Shown one piece after another: positions 19,360 to 64,000 of a DNA stretch of 64,000 nucleotides. Origin of the DNA: Amoebidium appalachense (lineage: Eukaryota; Protista; Ichthyosporea). Under the pieces are notes generated by a model. It was given only the letters and a program-made list of their open reading frames with translations. It was not told the origin of the DNA and made no database searches. Position numbers and translations under genes: made by a program. The stretch lies in contig CAVNZM010000001.1 of NCBI GenBank assembly GCA_963693365.1, forward strand, positions 13,812,418-13,876,417, in the 5' to 3' direction. Position 1 is the first letter of the stretch, and every line of letters begins with the position of its first letter.

Positions 19360-19955
19360 GGTGGGTTTTCTAGGGTGGCCCTTGGTCGGTATGCTCTCTC
19401 GACAGTATTTTTTGGCTCTTTGTGTGTTAACGATCCCTTTCTTCTTTCTTGTTTGATTTCATTCTCTCCTTTTGTTTGTTTTTGTTTGTATGCGGGCGGG
19501 TGGGTGGGCGGTGTGCATGTGAGTAAGTGAGAGAGTGAGTGAGTGGGTGTGCTTATTTGTCTATGTGTGTGTGTGTCCGGGTGTCCGGGTGTGTGTATAC
19601 AGGCATGTGTGTTGTGCTGGCGTGCAGTTGATGGTGTACCTGGGTAACACAAAATGTGTGTTTAATTCCCATGGAAGTGGCAGCCACCCATAGTACAGGG
19701 ATACCATTGCATATCGCGACTGCTTCGTACTACAGTGAAACCTTGGGCTCGCACTTGGGCAACGGCACTAGCATGCGCACGCACACACAGACACACGTTT
19801 GGGCACAAGCATACACGCACACATGCATGCACTTGCACTCACACACACGTCGAAGCACACACATGGATAAATTTACCCACAATCATATACACATATACAA
19901 ACACCTCGCTCACATAGACAGTGTCCAGGCACATGCTGCGCATGCACACACACAT

Positions 19956-20004
<49 letters not shown>

Positions 20005-20033
20005 CACACACTCATGCACACACATGCATACAT

Positions 20034-20088
<55 letters not shown>

Positions 20089-20203
20089 CACACACACACA
20101 CACACAGACACACACACGCACAAAAGCACACACAAGGAAAGCACTTGCGGACTCTGTACTCTGGTGCGACACAGGGACTCGACAAACAAGGAATGCCATA
20201 GTC

Positions 20204-20234
<31 letters not shown>

Positions 20235-21415
20235 GGGGGGTGTTTCCATTCTGGTCGGGTTTTGACTTAGACTGCTAATCCTTGTGCTGGTAACAGGTTA
20301 GAAGGATCTGCACGACGAGTGTGCCAGTTCTCTTCAATCGTTCAGCCACCTGTATGCACCGGACAGCTTATTGGGTTGGAGTGCAGCGGATATCCGAGGT
20401 CCCCTCCCCATTTCGTGTGTTCCTAGGTTTTCACACCGTTCCTTTGTTTTATTTTTATTTATTTGATTATTGATTAATGATTGATTTATTTAATTTATTA
20501 TTTTGGTTGTGTCGCTTGTTTTGGTCTTGTTCAGCGTTTTTGGGTTTTAGCAATTGTGGAAGCAACTGCTATTTTGCGTTATTGGTTCCCCATCACTGGC
20601 CTGGAGATGTTTTATTCACTAATGACATATGGTGTGGACAGCATGAGATTTCACAGATGTTTCGCTTTTTCCTTTCCTGTGTTTTGAGGGGACCTGTTGC
20701 ATTACTTGTTGCAGTGAACGCGTTAACGAGTTAGTAGGTTTTGAATTAGTTTAGGTGGAGGAAGAAGTTTTTCTGGGAACCGTTTACGCTGTTTACTCGA
20801 GACACAGAGAATTACTCGAGGCACGGGGACTGCCGGGAGACACAAGCTAGCCATGTGTGTGTTGGTGTTTCCCTGACTGCTTTGGGAGCTCACTTTATCA
20901 TTTATCCTGCTGGCTAGTGGTCACCATTAGGACGGTATATATATACATATGCATGTTCCATACCGGGGTCGTGCAATGTTGACACTACATTCACGTTTCA
21001 GAAGCTCGCACAACCGCACCTTCGGCTTAAAGTTTAACGATTCGCATTTTACACGGGTCACACGCATAAAATATAAGTTTAACAATTTGCATTTTACACA
21101 AGGCACACGCTTTAAAATTTATATATATGATGTACTTCACAGGTCCTCGAGTTGGTGCACGACCATATTTTATATTGTTCTTGAACAATAAAAATGTAGG
21201 AATATATAGTAGCAAGGTTGCGGCACTGAGGTGCACACAGACAGCACTGCGTCGTGTGATCATGACATGCATGGTGTACTGTGCGCGTGGTGGTGGTATA
21301 GCAACTCGAGTATATATATTAGTCTATGGCCAGTATCTTTTTTCTGTACACCCACTGCCAACCGTCCACTTCTGCGAATTTCCGACTCAGGCTGCACATT
21401 GTTCCTAGGCCTGGA

Positions 21416-21456
<41 letters not shown>

Positions 21457-22036
21457 CTCTCCAACTGTTGCAATTGCAGGCAAAGCTGTAGTCCAGGCCA
21501 AAGTGTAGTCCAACTTGAAATCCTGCACAAGGCCTTAAGGTGTAGACGATGTCATGACATACCGTGTATAGCCGGAGCTCTCCCTTCCCCGCTTCCCCCG
21601 GCCCATTTTACACCCATGGCCATGGCCACCTGAACTTGTTCCGGATCCCTCAGGATCGTCTACCGTCCTCTCATGAGATCAACCTCCTATCCCCCCCCCC
21701 CCCCCCTCCCCCCCTCCCGTCCCAAGACGTGGGCGCACCCGAAGTATTCTCTCCGCTTATTATACATTCTCAGTTTATGTTTTTCACTCGTACATTGTGT
21801 TGTCCGTTAACGATGTGAATATGTACGTGGTGAAAGCTATCATAATGACGCATTTACCAAGTCCCCCCTTGTTTTGTACCACCGAGTTCTGGGACAGTGT
21901 CTGCAGTTTTCATTTCCAGCTTGCCTCCTCCCCCTACGCGTAACCTCTTACTCTACTACATTTCCCTTGTTCCCTAGATATCTTTACGTTTGCCACCTAT
22001 ATCCTAGTGTGTTCGCCGCCCCTCATTCTTCCGCCA

Positions 22037-22085
<49 letters not shown>

Positions 22086-22086
22086 G

Positions 22087-22141
<55 letters not shown>

Positions 22142-22572
22142 CACCTCTCCCGCTCCTCCTCCATCCCCACCCCCCCGCTCCATCCCTATATAAATTTCGC
22201 TTTTTATTCTCTTTTTTTTAAGGGGGATGGGTGGGGGTGATGGTAGATGAACAGGTGAGCCAGGGTGAGCCAGGGTGAGCTTTTGCTCCGAGGAGGTTTT
22301 TGTTTTGTTTTTTTTGTTTATTGTTTCGTCAAACCAGCAGGTAGGAATGGAGAAGGATGGAGAAAGATGGGCAGAAGAACAAGAAACGGTAATGGTCACG
22401 TTAAAGGTACCCACGCGTTATGGAATCTGTGGGAGAGGCGGAGAAGAACTTCAAGGAAGAAGGAAAGGTACCAGGACCAGGGGGTCATGCGCATGTGGGG
22501 GTGTGTGTGCATATGCAAGTGCTCAGGTATGTGTGTGTGCGTGCGCACGTAAACACGTGTGTGTGTGTTAGT

Positions 22573-22641
<69 letters not shown>

Positions 22642-23040
22642 CGCGTGTGCGCGTGTATGTGTGTGTGTGTGTATGTGTGTGTGTTTTTTATCCCGCGGCC
22701 GTTTTGTTCCCGGAGGTACCCCTAGGGGCCCTCAGGGGGGAATTACCGTCTTCCACCCAGCACCGACAGTACTCTAGCTAGGGTGCTACGATGCTATTAG
22801 CTAAAACTAACACGCCTATAACAGTCCTAACTATATGTACACATTTTGCCCAGGGCATCAACCCCAGCCACGCTGTGTGTGTGTGTGTGTGGTGTGTGTT
22901 TGTGCCTGCCCTTGGTTGTGTTTCGTAAGCATGTGCCGCCGGTATGTGGTCCCAGGGCGCGTGCACGTGCTGCGTGTGCACATGCCATAACTTTAACTGC
23001 ATTTCTCTCTCCCCACCCGCCCTCTTCCCCTCCCCACCCT

Positions 23041-23071
<31 letters not shown>

Positions 23072-23072
23072 A

Positions 23073-23103
<31 letters not shown>

Positions 23104-23479
23104 CTCACACACCCATCTGCACCTTTCCCCTAAAGCCAAACTCCGACCCCATTGATTAATTTCTTCTTCCCTCGCATTGGATTGGGTGAATATTCAGACC
23201 ACGTGAATGGTCTCTCACGATATTGCGTCCCTTTTTGGTTTTTTCTCTATGCAAAACAAATGGGTGAAGAGGGTGGATGCCAAGAAAGCAGGAGGGACGG
23301 TGAGGGTGAAAGGACAGGCAGGCGAGTTGCACGTGGGGAGGAACGACGGGAGAGATCTGTTTCGTTCAACAAAGTTTAGCATGCTGGCAGGTGCCGGTGC
23401 ATGCGCGTTGTTGGTGGTGTAATTTAGTGACGTCCCATTGGCGTTAAGTCACGGTGCGTGTGTGTGCGTGTGTGTGCGT

Positions 23480-23523
<44 letters not shown>

Positions 23524-23676
23524 CGTGTGCGTGTGTGTGTGTGCGTGCGTGTGTGCACGTGTGTGTGTGTGTGTGTGCGTGCGTGTGTGTGTGTGTGTGT
23601 GTGCGTGTGTGTGTGTGATGATGTGCACGGTACGTGTGTGTGCGTGTGTGTGTGTGTGTGGGGGGGGTGTATGCAT

Positions 23677-23717
<41 letters not shown>

Positions 23718-23868
23718 TGTGTGTCTGTCTATGTATGTGCTCTTTTTTTTGGGGGGGGGGGAGGGGAAGTTGGCGGGGGGGGGGGGGAGGGAGGGAGGGG
23801 GGGGGGGGGGAAGAGGGAGGGAGGATCCTGCACGTGATAATTATCGTAACGTGGTGTTATTTTTTGTG

Positions 23869-24006
<138 letters not shown>

Positions 24007-24451
24007 AAATGGAAAGACGGAGGGGGGGGGGGGGGGGGGGGGGGGAAAGCATTCTAGACAGGAAAGGAAGACTCTCACTGTCTGGTCACTCGGATCTATT
24101 CTTTGCTTGAATCGCGAATTTGAAACCAATACCAAATCCGGACCATACATAGATAGGCTGGTACATATTGTCAGTCTATCTAGCGTATTCTTGAGGTAAT
24201 GGCAACGGAAATAAGTTCTGCTATAGAAAAAAAAGTTTCATTGTTTTGTGTAGATACATACACTGAGAGTTTCTGACATGGATGGTGAATATGCAGTTAA
24301 CGTTTCTACAGCCTACTCGACCCGACAGCGCTTGTTGTGTGTTTCATTCTTCAAAGTCAACAGCCTTGCCTTGCCATCCCCTCCCAGTGCCACCACAGTC
24401 GCACCCTCAATTTCCACATAAGACACCCCAGACCACCACACACTATTTAAG

Positions 24452-26829
<2,378 letters not shown>

Positions 26830-27420
26830 GGCTGAAATGGAAACACAGAGGGTGTGGGGTTGCGGTGCCACTAGGATGTGGTGGTGCTCTGTGTTGCTGG
26901 TTCTATCACCTGAAGAAGTGGGGACTTACTTCATATTCTAAAAGAGAAAGTAGTGTCTCGCTGGTAAAGAAAGTGATGTCTCATTTCATCCTTGTCAAGT
27001 GAACTGACTTTTGCGAGTTAGGTAGAAAGGCTGGGCTGTGCAGAAGGGTGGCTGCGGCGAAGGAATGAAAGTGCGCGGTGACAGGTAGCGGTCAGATGAT
27101 GAATTAGCCTAACGGGGAAAGAAAAAAAGTGCGTTTACGTCGCTGTCAAATGGTTGGAGCGCAAGATGGGAAAAATGGTGAAGGGCTCTCGAGCTCGAAA
27201 CAGCTTCTTTTCCCTTGGTACACATCCAAGAACGTAGGCTTTAATGACTGATCTGATCAACGAAAACGATGAAAATGTGACGTTAGCGGCTCAGACTAAA
27301 GGCGGGAACATTTTGGCGGGAAATTTCCCCTTGGACCGAGTCTGCGCTATATTACATACAATAGTCTTCTGCGCTGCGCACTCAGGCCTGGCAGGCTGGC
27401 TACTGTAACAACCAAGCTAA

Positions 27421-27480
27421 TCCACATGGCGAGCTCTAAGGTTTTTGATATTCACATGGCGAGCTCTAAAGTTTTTGAGA
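27421..27480. repeat. 30-bp tandem duplication
   Basis: TYCACATGGCGAGCTCTAARGTTTTTGAKA x2. Confidence 0.85.
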
Positions 27481-27529
27481 CTCATAATGCGTGCATAAAA
27501 ATTGGACGTTGTGCGCACGCAAAGAAAAG

Positions 27530-27634
<105 letters not shown>

Positions 27635-28210
27635 TCCAGGAATAATAACCTAAGCACGCAACACAGAGTCGCACACGCACACGCATCCCTGTGTTTGCCT
27701 TTACGATCTCACGGTCACAACGTTCACATTATCACACCGATCCCTTTTCTTGCTAACACCACTCTGCAGCCCTGACGTTGAGTCTGCAGCTTTCTAGAAC
27801 TTACGTGATTCCGTGCCAGACACAGACACAGTTTAAAGGCATGGCATTGAGCTTATCGAGTTCATGTGCAGTTGCAAGCAAGCATTCTGCCCCCTCCCCC
27901 TACCCCCCTCCCCCTCCGGCCCTCCCCTCCCCCCACCCCACCCTCATACCGGAAGCCCAAAGCTCATATGTGACGAGTAAACAGGATGATACGTGCGGCT
28001 CTGCTAGTCTAGGCAAGCACTTGTCTCCAAGGCTATGTACCCACTGGCTTACGTAAGTGGCCGGGCACTACTACGCCGCGGGGCAAAAAAGAAAAAAAGA
28101 AAAAAAAAAGGCCGCAGGGAAGACAGCACTCCGAGTGACTAGGCAAGCACGCCGCACATGTGCACCAACGTTGGTGCCGGCCGCCTGTTGAAGTGAACAA
28201 TCGAGCTCCG

Positions 28211-28276
28211 CCAATAGGATGAGAAGACATGAAGTGCAACCAATCACGACCACATTGTGATAACGATGCTGATTGG
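28211..28276. promoter_or_regulatory. Three CCAAT boxes at ~30-bp spacing, candidate promoter of the giant GT4 gene
   Basis: CCAAT at 28211 and 28240, ATTGG at 28272, about 600 bp upstream of ATG 28881. Confidence 0.4.
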
Positions 28277-28880
28277 TGTACTAAAAGTTACGTCCTAGCT
28301 GTACGTGATCTGTATCTAATCAGAATGAGAAAGAGCTCACGCAATATTATGTGTGCAACAGTGCAAGTCGCACTCGCGACCGTCAAAGTTGCCGCAAGAT
28401 AATGAATGCCCGGAAATATGTATAAAGGTGTAATAAATGCAATACAATAATATTTTTGAAACAAAACTAATGCATTTTTTCAACGTATTTCTATTATAGA
28501 AGGTATTTTGTGTGCGCTTTTGCTTTGATCAGCGCCTTTTCATTTGCTAGGAATTTGCGTGTAGATGTATGTAGATAGCGGTACACTAATTGGATAGCTC
28601 ATGCATACCTCGACCCGATTGTTGCCGGTCCTTTTCATAGCAACCCAGTTTCATTTGGCTGCAGCTTTGCACCGCCAGAAGCCACACAGAACTACCTTTC
28701 GTTTCTTCCTGCCGCCTACTAAGGTTTTTGTTCCCGTGTTGTGGAGGCGAAAACTTAGGCGGGGTAATGCCGCTACAGTAACCTGTAGACATGCATTCAT
28801 GCTAGAAACCCAGGCTTTTATTTGTAGGAAGTTAGGGAAGTGAAGGCTGTCCACACGCCCTCAGCGTGTAGGGGTCAGCC

Positions 28881-64000
<35,120 letters not shown>

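Noticed and set aside
21440-22860. Possible exon-like fragments between PP2C and the BTB pseudogene
   Set aside because: Could not be assembled into a consistent frame or a recognisable protein.

Overview
Eukaryotic, very intron-rich genomic DNA, probably from a unicellular non-fungal eukaryote; the host cannot be identified from sequence alone. Introns are full of (CA)n/(GT)n, (GA)n and poly-C/poly-G runs, so nearly all entries in the six-frame ORF track are low-complexity artefacts. Manual splicing with phase checks gives five loci. (1) Pyruvate dehydrogenase kinase, minus strand, 3' end outside the window. (2) A complete SBDS/Sdo1 gene, minus strand. (3) A PPM1E/PPM1F-like PP2C phosphatase, plus strand, divergent from SBDS. 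(4) A decayed KCTD-type BTB pseudogene, minus strand. (5) A giant plus-strand gene from 28881 to beyond 64000, with about 59 exons and over 3,000 aa: signal anchor, degenerate GH114-like barrel, multi-TM region, then DUF3492/PelF-type GT4 glycosyltransferase. This resembles the fungal galactosaminogalactan synthase Gtb3. The introns also hold about a dozen copies of a 5'-truncated retroposon-like family with target-site duplications, an apparent oligo-C tail, a covarying RNA hairpin and hammerhead-core-like motifs. Every recognised copy is sense to its host gene. Homology calls are from recalled family motifs, not database searches.
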